This document shows, piece after piece, positions 50,156-62,100 of a stretch of DNA of 64,000 nt. The stretch is taken from contig OZ024745.1 in assembly GCA_964016885.1 (NCBI GenBank), positions 80,910,001 to 80,974,000 of the forward strand. Direction: 5' to 3'. The notes under the pieces are model-generated. The model was not told the origin of the DNA. It did not search any database and worked only from the letters and a program-made list of their open reading frames with translations. The translations under genes and the position numbers were made by a program. Each line of letters opens with the position of its first letter. Position 1 is the stretch's first letter. Source of the stretch: Eledone cirrhosa. Taxonomy: Eukaryota.

Positions 50156-53100
50156 AGACATTGTAAATCAGGCTTTACTTACCTTAGTCGTTGTAAATCA
50201 GGCTTTACGTACCTTAGACATTGTAAATCAAGCTCTACTTATCTTAGTCATTGTAAATCAAGATTTACTTACCTTAGACATTGTAAATCAGGCTTTACTT
50301 ACCTTAGACATTGTAAATCAAGCTTTACTTACCTTAGTCATTGTAAATCAAGCTTTAGTTACCTTAGTCATTGTAAATCAGGCTTTACTTACCTTAGACA
50401 TTGTAAATCAAGCTTTACTTACCTTAGTCATTGTAAATCAAGCTCTACTTACCTTAGACATTGTAAATCAGGCTTTACTTACCTTAGTCATTGTAAATCA
50501 AGCTTTAGTTACCTTAGTCATTGTAAATCAAGCTTTACTTACCTTAGTCATTGTAAATCAAGCTCTACTTACCTTAGTCATTGTAAATCAAGCTCTACTT
50601 ACCTTAGTCATTGTAAATCAAGCTCTACTTACCTTAGTCATTGTAAATCAGGCTTTACTTACCTTAGTCATTGTAAATCAGGCTTTACTTACCTTAGACA
50701 TTGTAAATCAGGCTTTACTTACCTTAGACATTGTAAATCAGGCTTAACTTACCTTAGTCATTGTAAATCAAGCTTTACGTACCTTAGACATTGTAAATCA
50801 GGCTTTACTTACCTTAGACATTGTAAATCAAGCTTTACTTACCTTAGTCATTGTAAATCAGGCTTTACTTACTTTAGTCATTGTAAATCAGGCTTTACTT
50901 ACCTTAGACATTGTAAATCAAGCTTTACTTACCTTAGTCATTGTAAATCAGGCTTTACTTACCTTAGTCATTGTAAATCAAGCTTTAGTTACCTTAGACA
51001 TTGTAAATCAGGCTTTACTTACCTTAGACATTGTAAATCAGGCTTTACTTACCTTAGACATTGTAAATCAAGCTTTACGTACCTTAGTCATTGTAAATCA
51101 AGCTTTAGTTACCTTAGTCATTGTAAATCAAGCTTTACTTACCTTAGACATTGTAAATCAGGCTTTACTTACCTTAGTCATTGTAAATCAGGCTTTACTT
51201 ACCTTAGTCATTGTAAATCAAGCTTTACTTACCTTAGTCATTGTAAATCAAGCTTTACTTACCTTAGTCATTGTAAATCAGGCTTTACTTACCTTAGTCA
51301 TTGTAAATCAAGCTTTAGTTACCTTACTCATTGTAAATCAAGCTTTAGTTACCTTAGTCATTGTAAATCAAGCTTTACTTACCTTAGTCATTGTAAATCA
51401 AGCTTTACTTACCTTAGACATTGTAAATCAAGATTTACTTACCTTAGTCATTGTAAATCAAGCTTTACTTACCTTAGTCATTGTAAATCAAGCTCTACTT
51501 ACCTTAGTCATTGTAAATCAAGCTTTACTTACCTTAGTCATTGTAAATCAAGCTTTACTTACCTTAGACATTGTAAATCAAGATTTACTTACCTTAGTCA
51601 TTGTAAATCAAGCTCTACTTACCTTAGTCATTGTAAATCAAGCTTTAGTTACCTTAGTCATTGTAAATCAAGCTTTAGTTACCTTAGTCATTGTAAATCA
51701 AGCTTTAGTTACCTTAGTCATTGTAAATCAAGCTTTAGTTACCTTAGTCATTGTAAATCAAGCTCTACTTACCTTAGACATTGTAAATCAAGCTTTACTT
51801 ACCTTAGACATTGTAAATCAAGCTCTACTTACCTTAGTCATTGTAAATCAAGATTTACTTACCTTAGTCATTGTAAATCAAGCTCTACTTACCTTAGTCA
51901 TTGTAAATCAGGCTTTACTTACCTTAGACATTGTAAATCAGGCTTTACTTACCTTAGTCATTGTAAATCAAGCTCTACTTACCTTAGTCATTGTAAATCA
52001 AGATTTACTTACCTTAGTCATTGTAAATCAAGCTTTACTTACCTTAGTCATTGTAAATCAAGATTTACTTACCTTAGTCATTGTAAATCAAGCTCTACTT
52101 ACCTTAGTCATTGTAAATCAGGCTTTACTTACCTTAGACATTGTAAATCAGGCTTTACTTACCTTAGTCATTGTAAATCAAGCTCTACTTACCTTAGTCA
52201 TTGTAAATCAAGATTTACTTACCTTAGTCATTGTAAATCAAGCTTTACTTACCTTAGTCATTGTAAATCAAGATTTACTTACCTTAGTCATTGTAAATCA
52301 GGCTTTACTTACCTTAGACATTGTAAATCAGGCTTTACTTACCTTAGACATTGTAAATCAGGCTTTACTTACCTTAGTCATTGTAAATCAAGCTCTACTT
52401 ACCTTAGTTATTGTAAATCAAGCTTTACTTACCTTAGACATTGTAAATCAAGCTTTACTTACCTTAGACATTGTAAATCAGGCTTTACTTACCTTAGTCA
52501 TTGTAAATCAGGCTCTACTTACCTTAGTCATTGTAAATCAAGCTTTACTTACCTTAGTCATTGTAAATCAAGCTTTACTTACCTTAGTCATTGTAAATCA
52601 GGCTTTACTTACCTTAGACATTGTAAATCAGGCTTTACTTACCTTAGTCATTGTAAATCAAGCTTTACTTACCTTAGTCATTGTAAATCAGGCTTTACTT
52701 ACCTTAGTCATTGTAAATCAAGCTTTACTTACCTTAGTCATTGTAAATCAAGCTTTACTTACCTTAGTCATTGTAAATCAGGCTTTACTTACCTTAGTCA
52801 TTGTAAATCAAGCTTTACTTACCTTAGTCATTGTAAATCAAGCTTTACTTACCTTAGTCATTGTAAATCAGGCTTTACTTACCTTAGTCATTGTAAATCA
52901 GGCTTTACTTACCTTAGTCATTGTAAATCAAGATTTACTTACCTTAGTCATTGTAAATCAAGCTTTACTTACCTTAGTCATTGTAAATCAGGCTTTACTT
53001 ACCTTAGTCATTGTAAATCAAGCTTTACTTACCTTAGACATTGTAAATCAAGCTTTACTTACCTTAGTCATTGTAAATCAAGCTCTACTTACCTTAGACA

Positions 53101-56100
53101 TTGTAAATCAAGCTCTACTTACCTTAGTCATTGTAAATCAAGCTCTACTTACCTTAGTCATTGTAAATCAAGCTTTACTTACCTTAGTCATTGTAAATCA
53201 GGCTTTACTTACCTTAGTCATTGTAAATCAGGCTTTACTTACCTTAGTTATTGTAAATCAGGCTTTACTTACCTTAGTCATTGTAAATCAGGCTTTACTT
53301 ACCTTAGTCATTGTAAATCAGGCTTTACTTACCTTAGACATTGTAAATCAGGCTTTACTTACCTTAGACATTGTAAATCAGGCTTTACTTACCTTAGACA
53401 TTGTAAATCAGGCTTTACTTACCTTAGACATTGTAAATCAGGCTTTACTTACCTTAGACATTGTAAATCAGGCTTTACTTACCTTAGTCATTGTAAATCA
53501 GGCTTTACTTACCTTAGACATTGTAAATCAGGCTTTACTTACCTTAGTCATTGTAAATCAGGCTTTACTTACCTTAGACATTGTAAATCAGGCTTTACTT
53601 ACCTTAGACATTGTAAATCAGGCTTTACTTACCTTAGTCATTGTAAATCAGGCTTTACTTACCTTAGACATTGTAAATCAGGCTTTACTTACCTTAGACA
53701 TTGTAAATCAGGCTTTACTTACCTTAGTCGTTGTAAATCAGGCTTTACGTACCTTAGACATTGTAAATCAAGCTCTACTTACCTTAGTCATTGTAAATCA
53801 AGATTTACTTACCTTAGACATTGTAAATCAGGCTTTACTTACCTTAGACATTGTAAATCAGGCTTTACTTACCTTAGTCATTGTAAATCAGGCTTTACTT
53901 ACCTTAGTCATTGTAAATCAAGATTTACTTACCTTAGTCATTGTAAATCAGGCTTTACTTACCTTAGTCATTGTAAATCAGGCTTTACTTACCTTAGACA
54001 TTGTAATCAGGCTTTACTTACCTTAGTCATTGTAAATCAAGCTTTACTTACCTTAGTCATTGTAAATCAAGATTTACTTACCTTAGACATTGTAAATCAA
54101 GCTTTACTTACCTTAGACATTGTAAATCAAGCTTTACTTACCTTAGTCATTGTAAATCAAGCTCTACTTACCTTAGACATTGTAAATCAAGCTCTACTTA
54201 CCTTAGTCATTGTAAATCAAGCTCTACTTACCTTAGTCATTGTAAATCAAGCTTTACTTACCTTAGTCATTGTAAATCAGGCTTTACTTACCTTAGTCAT
54301 TGTAAATCAGGCTTTACTTACCTTAGTTATTGTAAATCAGGCTTTACTTACCTTAGTCATTGTAAATCAGGCTTTACTTACCTTAGTCATTGTAAATCAG
54401 GCTTTACTTACCTTAGACATTGTAAATCAGGCTTTACTTACCTTAGACATTGTAAATCAGGCTTTACTTACCTTAGACATTGTAAATCAGGCTTTACTTA
54501 CCTTAGTCATTGTAAATCAGGCTTTACTTACCTTAGACATTGTAAATCAGGCTTTACTTACCTTAGACATTGTAAATCAGGCTTTACTTACCTTAGTCAT
54601 TGTAAATCAGGCTTTACTTACCTTAGACATTGTAAATCAGGCTTTACTTACCTTAGACATTGTAAATCAGGCTTTACGTACCTTAGTCATTGTAAATCAG
54701 GCTTTACTTACCTTAGACATTGTAAATCAGGCTTTACTTACCTTAGACATTGTAAATCAGGCTTTACTTACCTTAGTCATTGTAAATCAGGCTTTACTTA
54801 CCTTAGACATTGTAAATCAGGCTTTACTTACCTTAGACATTGTAAATCAGGCTTTACTTACCTTAGTCGTTGTAAATCAGGCTTTACGTACCTTAGACAT
54901 TGTAAATCAAGCTCTACTTATCTTAGTCATTGTAAATCAAGATTTACTTACCTTAGACATTGTAAATCAGGCTTTACTTACCTTAGACATTGTAAATCAA
55001 GCTTTACTTACCTTAGTCATTGTAAATCAAGCTTTAGTTACCTTAGTCATTGTAAATCAGGCTTTACTTACCTTAGACATTGTAAATCAAGCTTTACTTA
55101 CCTTAGTCATTGTAAATCAAGCTCTACTTACCTTAGACATTGTAAATCAGGCTTTACTTACCTTAGTCATTGTAAATCAAGCTTTAGTTACCTTAGTCAT
55201 TGTAAATCAAGCTTTACTTACCTTAGTCATTGTAAATCAAGCTCTACTTACCTTAGTCATTGTAAATCAAGCTCTACTTACCTTAGTCATTGTAAATCAA
55301 GCTCTACTTACCTTAGTCATTGTAAATCAGGCTTTACTTACCTTAGTCATTGTAAATCAGGCTTTACTTACCTTAGACATTGTAAATCAGGCTTTACTTA
55401 CCTTAGACATTGTAAATCAGGCTTTACTTACCTTAGTCATTGTAAATCAAGCTTTACGTACCTTAGACATTGTAAATCAGGCTTTACTTACCTTAGACAT
55501 TGTAAATCAAGCTTTACTTACCTTAGTCATTGTAAATCAGGCTTTACTTACTTTAGTCATTGTAAATCAGGCTTTACTTACCTTAGACATTGTAAATCAA
55601 GCTTTACTTACCTTAGTCATTGTAAATCAGGCTTTACTTACCTTAGTCATTGTAAATCAAGCTTTAGTTACCTTAGACATTGTAAATCAGGCTTTACTTA
55701 CCTTAGACATTGTAAATCAGGCTTTACTTACCTTAGACATTGTAAATCAAGCTTTACGTACCTTAGTCATTGTAAATCAGGCTTTACTTACCTTAGTCAT
55801 TGTAAATCAAGCTTTACTTACCTTAGTCATTGTAAATCAGGCTTTACTTACCTTAGTCATTGTAAATCAAGCTTTACTTACCTTAGACATTGTAAATCAA
55901 GCTTTACTTACCTTAGTCATTGTAAATCAAGCTTTACTTACCTTAGTCATTGTAAATCAAGCTTTACTTACCTTAGTCATTGTAAATCAAGCTTTACTTA
56001 CCTTAGACATTGTAAATCAAGCTTTACGTACCTTAGACATTGTAAATCAGGCTTTACTTACCTTAGTCATTGTAAATCAGGCTTTACTTACCTTAGTCAT

Positions 56101-59100
56101 TGTAAATCAAGCTTTACTTACCTTAGTCATTGTAAATCAAGCTTTACTTACCTTAGTCATTGTAAATCAGGCTTTACTTACCTTAGTCATTGTAAATCAG
56201 GCTTTACTTACCTTAGACATTGTAAATCAAGCTTTACTTACCTTAGTCATTGTAAATCAGGCTTTACTTACCTTAGTCATTGTAAATCAAGCTTTAGTTA
56301 CCTTACTCATTGTAAATCAAGCTTTAGTTACCTTAGTCATTGTAAATCAAGCTTTACTTACCTTAGACATTGTAAATCAAGCTTTACTTACCTTAGTCAT
56401 TGTAAATCAAGCTTTACTTACCTTAGACATTGTAAATCAAGATTTACTTACCTTAGTCATTGTAAATCAAGCTTTACTTACCTTAGTCATTGTAAATCAA
56501 GCTCTACTTACCTTAGTCATTGTAAATCAAGCTTTACTTACCTTAGTCATTGTAAATCAAGCTTTACTTACCTTAGACATTGTAAATCAAGATTTACTTA
56601 CCTTAGTCATTGTAAATCAAGCTCTACTTACCTTAGTCATTGTAAATCAAGCTTTAGTTACCTTAGTCATTGTAAATCAAGCTTTAGTTACCTTAGTCAT
56701 TGTAAATCAAGCTTTAGTTACCTTAGTCATTGTAAATCAAGCTTTAGTTACCTTAGTCATTGTAAATCAAGCTCTACTTACCTTAGACATTGTAAATCAA
56801 GCTTTACTTACCTTAGACATTGTAAATCAAGCTCTACTTACCTTAGTCATTGTAAATCAAGATTTACTTACCTTAGTCATTGTAAATCAAGCTCTACTTA
56901 CCTTAGTCATTGTAAATCAGGCTTTACTTACCTTAGACATTGTAAATCAGGCTTTACTTACCTTAGTCATTGTAAATCAAGCTCTACTTACCTTAGTCAT
57001 TGTAAATCAAGATTTACTTACCTTAGTCATTGTAAATCAAGCTTTACTTACCTTAGTCATTGTAAATCAAGATTTACTTACCTTAGTCATTGTAAATCAA
57101 GCTCTACTTACCTTAGTCATTGTAAATCAGGCTTTACTTACCTTAGACATTGTAAATCAGGCTTTACTTACCTTAGTCATTGTAAATCAAGCTCTACTTA
57201 CCTTAGTCATTGTAAATCAAGATTTACTTACCTTAGTCATTGTAAATCAAGCTTTACTTACCTTAGTCATTGTAAATCAAGATTTACTTACCTTAGTCAT
57301 TGTAAATCAGGCTTTACTTACCTTAGACATTGTAAATCAGGCTTTACTTACCTTAGACATTGTAAATCAGGCTTTACTTACCTTAGTCATTGTAAATCAA
57401 GCTCTACTTACCTTAGTTATTGTAAATCAAGCTTTACTTACCTTAGATATTGTAAATCAAGCTTTACTTACCTTAGACATTGTAAATCAGGCTTTACTTA
57501 CCTTAGTCATTGTAAATCAGGCTCTACTTACCTTAGTCATTGTAAATCAAGCTTTACTTACCTTAGTCATTGTAAATCAAGCTTTACTTACCTTAGTCAT
57601 TGTAAATCAGGCTTTACTTACCTTAGACATTGTAAATCAGGCTTTACTTACCTTAGTCATTGTAAATCAAGCTTTACTTACCTTAGTCATTGTAAATCAG
57701 GCTTTACTTACCTTAGTCATTGTAAATCAAGCTTTACTTACCTTAGTCATTGTAAATCAAGCTTTACTTACCTTAGTCATTGTAAATCAGGCTTTACTTA
57801 CCTTAGTCATTGTAAATCAAGCTTTACTTACCTTAGTCATTGTAAATCAAGCTTTACTTACCTTAGTCATTGTAAATCAGGCTTTACTTACCTTAGTCAT
57901 TGTAAATCAGGCTTTACTTACCTTAGTCATTGTAAATCAAGATTTACTTACCTTAGTCATTGTAAATCAAGCTTTACTTACCTTAGTCATTGTAAATCAG
58001 GCTTTACTTACCTTAGTCATTGTAAATCAAGCTCTACTTACCTTAGTCATTGTAAATCAAGCTTTACTTACCTTAGACATTGTAAATCAGGCTTTACTTA
58101 CCTTAGACATTGTAAATCAAGCTCTACTTACCTTAGTCATTGTAAATCAAGCTCTACTTACCTTAGTCATTGTAAATCAAAATTTACTTACCTTAGTCAT
58201 TGTAAATCAGGCTTTACTTACCTTAGTCATTGTAAATCAAGATTTACTTACCTTAGACATTGTAAATCAGGCTTTACTTACCTTAGACATTGTAAATCAG
58301 GCTTTACTTACCTTAGACATTGTAAATCAAGCTTTACTTACCTTAGTCATTGTAAATCAGGCTCTACTTACTTTAGTCATTGTAAATCAGGCTCTACTTA
58401 CCTTAGACATTGTAAATCAAGCTCTACTTACCTTAGTCATTGTAAATCAAGCTTTACTTACCTTAGTCATTGTAAATCAAGATTTACTTACCTTAGACAT
58501 TGTAAATCAAGCTTTACTTACCTTAGACATTGTAAATCAAGCTTTACTTACCTTAGTCATTGTAAATCAAGCTCTACTTACCTTAGACATTGTAAATCAA
58601 GCTCTACTTACCTTAGACATTGTAAATCAAGCTTTACTTACCTTAGTCATTGTAAATCAGGCTCTACTTACTTTAGTCATTGTAAATCAGGCTCTACTTA
58701 CCTTAGACATTGTAAATCAAGCTCTACTTACCTTAGTCATTGTAAATCAAGCTTTACTTACCTTAGTCATTGTAAATCAAGATTTACTTACCTTAGACAT
58801 TGTAAATCAAGCTTTACTTACCTTAGACATTGTAAATCAAGCTTTACTTACCTTAGTCATTGTAAATCAAGCTCTACTTACCTTAGACATTGTAAATCAA
58901 GCTCTACTTACCTTAGTCATTGTAAATCAAGCTCTACTTACCTTAGTCATTGTAAATCAAGCTTTACTTACCTTAGTCATTGTAAATCAGGCTTTACTTA
59001 CCTTAGTCATTGTAAATCAGGCTTTACTTACCTTAGTTATTGTAAATCAGGCTTTACTTACCTTAGTCATTGTAAATCAGGCTTTACTTACCTTAGACAT

Positions 59101-62100
59101 TGTAAATCAGGCTTTACTTACCTTAGACATTGTAAATCAGGCTTTACTTACCTTAGACATTGTAAATCAGGCTTTACTTACCTTAGTCATTGTAAATCAG
59201 GCTTTACTTACCTTAGACATTGTAAATCAGGCTTTACTTACCTTAGACATTGTAAATCAGGCTTTACTTACCTTAGTCATTGTAAATCAGGCTTTACTTA
59301 CCTTAGACATTGTAAATCAGGCTTTACTTACCTTAGACATTGTAAATCAGGCTTTACGTACCTTAGTCATTGTAAATCAGGCTTTACTTACCTTAGACAT
59401 TGTAAATCAGGCTTTACTTACCTTAGACATTGTAAATCAGGCTTTACTTACCTTAGTCATTGTAAATCAGGCTTTACTTACCTTAGACATTGTAAATCAG
59501 GCTTTACTTACCTTAGACATTGTAAATCAGGCTTTACTTACCTTAGTCGTTGTAAATCAGGCTTTACGTACCTTAGACATTGTAAATCAAGCTCTACTTA
59601 CCTTAGTCATTGTAAATCAAGATTTACTTACCTTAGACATTGTAAATCAGGCTTTACTTACCTTAGACATTGTAAATCAGGCTTTACGTACCTTAGTCAT
59701 TGTAAATCAGGCTTTACTTACCTTAGACATTGTAAATCAGGCTTTACTTACCTTAGTCATTGTAAATCAGGCTTTACTTACCTTAGTCATTGTAAATCAA
59801 GATTTACTTACCTTAGTCATTGTAAATCAGGCTTTACTTACCTTAGTCATTGTAAATCAGGCTTTACTTACCTTAGACATTGTAATCAGGCTTTACTTAC
59901 CTTAGTCATTGTAAATCAAGCTTTACTTACCTTAGTCATTGTAAATCAAGATTTACTTACCTTAGACATTGTAAATCAAGCTTTACTTACCTTAGACATT
60001 GTAAATCAAGCTTTACTTACCTTAGTCATTGTAAATCAAGCTCTACTTACCTTAGACATTGTAAATCAAGCTCTACTTACCTTAGTCATTGTAAATCAAG
60101 CTCTACTTACCTTAGTCATTGTAAATCAAGCTTTACTTACCTTAGTCATTGTAAATCAGGCTTTACTTACCTTAGTCATTGTAAATCAGGCTTTACTTAC
60201 CTTAGTTATTGTAAATCAGGCTTTACTTACCTTAGTCATTGTAAATCAGGCTTTACTTACCTTAGTCATTGTAAATCAGGCTTTACTTACCTTAGACATT
60301 GTAAATCTGGCTTTACTTACCTTAGACATTGTAAATCAGGCTTTACTTACCTTAGACATTGTAAATCAGGCTTTACTTACCTTAGTCATTGTAAATCAGG
60401 CTTTACTTACCTTAGACATTGTAAATCAGGCTTTACTTACCTTAGACATTGTAAATCAGGCTTTACTTACCTTAGTCATTGTAAATCAGGCTTTACTTAC
60501 CTTAGACATTGTAAATCAGGCTTTACTTACCTTAGACATTGTAAATCAGGCTTTACGTACCTTAGTCATTGTAAATCAGGCTTTACTTACCTTAGACATT
60601 GTAAATCAGGCTTTACTTACCTTAGACATTGTAAATCAGGCTTTACTTACCTTAGTCATTGTAAATCAGGCTTTACTTACCTTAGACATTGTAAATCAGG
60701 CTTTACTTACCTTAGACATTGTAAATCAGGCTTTACTTACCTTAGTCGTTGTAAATCAGGCTTTACGTACCTTAGACATTGTAAATCAAGCTCTACTTAC
60801 CTTAGTCATTGTAAATCAAGATTTACTTACCTTAGACATTGTAAATCAGGCTTTACTTACCTTAGACATTGTAAATCAGGCTTTACGTACCTTAGTCATT
60901 GTAAATCAGGCTTTACTTACCTTAGACATTGTAAATCAGGCTTTACTTACCTTAGTCATTGTAAATCAGGCTTTACTTACCTTAGTCATTGTAAATCAAG
61001 ATTTACTTACCTTAGTCATTGTAAATCAGGCTTTACTTACCTTAGTCATTGTAAATCAGGCTTTACTTACCTTAGACATTGTAATCAGGCTTTACTTACC
61101 TTAGTCATTGTAAATCAAGCTTTACTTACCTTAGACATTGTAATCAGGCTTTACTTACCTTAGTCATTGTAAATCAAGCTTTACTTACCTTAGACATTGT
61201 AAATCAGGCTTTACTTACCTTAGTCATTGTAAATCAAGATTTACTTACCTTAGACATTGTAATCAGGCTTTACTTACCTTAGACATTGTAATCAGGCTTT
61301 ACTTACCTTAGACATTGTAAATCAGGCTTTACTTACCTTAGACATTGTAAATCAGGCTTTACTTACCTTAGTCATTGTAAATCAGGCTCTACTTACCTTA
61401 GTCATTGTAAATCAAGATTTACTTACCTTAGACATTGTAATCAGGCTTTACTTACCTTAGACATTGTAATCAGGCTTTACTTACCTTAGACATTGTAAAT
61501 CAGGCTTTACTTACCTTAGTCATTGTAAATCAGGCTTTACGTACCTTAGTCATTGTAAATCAGGCTCTACTTACCTTAGTCATTGTAAATCAAGATTTAC
61601 TTACCTTAGACATTGTAATCAGGCTTTACTTACCTTAGTCATTGTAAATCAAGCTTTACTTACCTTAGACATTGTAATCAGGCTTTACTTACCTTAGTCA
61701 TTGTAAATCAAGATTTACTTACCTTAGACATTGTAATCAGGCTTTACTTACCTTAGACATTGTAATCAGGCTTTACTTACCTTAGACATTGTAAATCAGG
61801 CTTTACTTACCTTAGACATTGTAAATCAGGCTTTACTTACCCTAGTCATTGTAAATCAGGCTCTACTTACCTTAGTCATTGTAAATCAAGATTTACTTAC
61901 CTTAGACATTGTAATCAGGCTTTACTTACCTTAGACATTGTAATCAGGCTTTACTTACCTTAGACATTGTAAATCAGGCTTTACTTACCTTAGTCATTGT
62001 AAATCAGGCTTTACGTACCTTAGTCATTGTAAATCAGGCTCTACTTACCTTAGTCATTGTAAATCAAGATTTACTTACCTTAGACATTGTAATCAGGCTT

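Noticed and set aside
50132-59905. 3257-aa ORF of HCKSSFTYLS and IVNQALLTLV repeats (also 50073-50747)
   Set aside because: A by-product of a 30-bp unit that lacks stops in two frames. It starts at a non-ATG codon in the antisense LINE 5' region, switches repeat frame at a 29-bp unit near 54005, and equivalent blocks elsewhere are broken by frameshifts.
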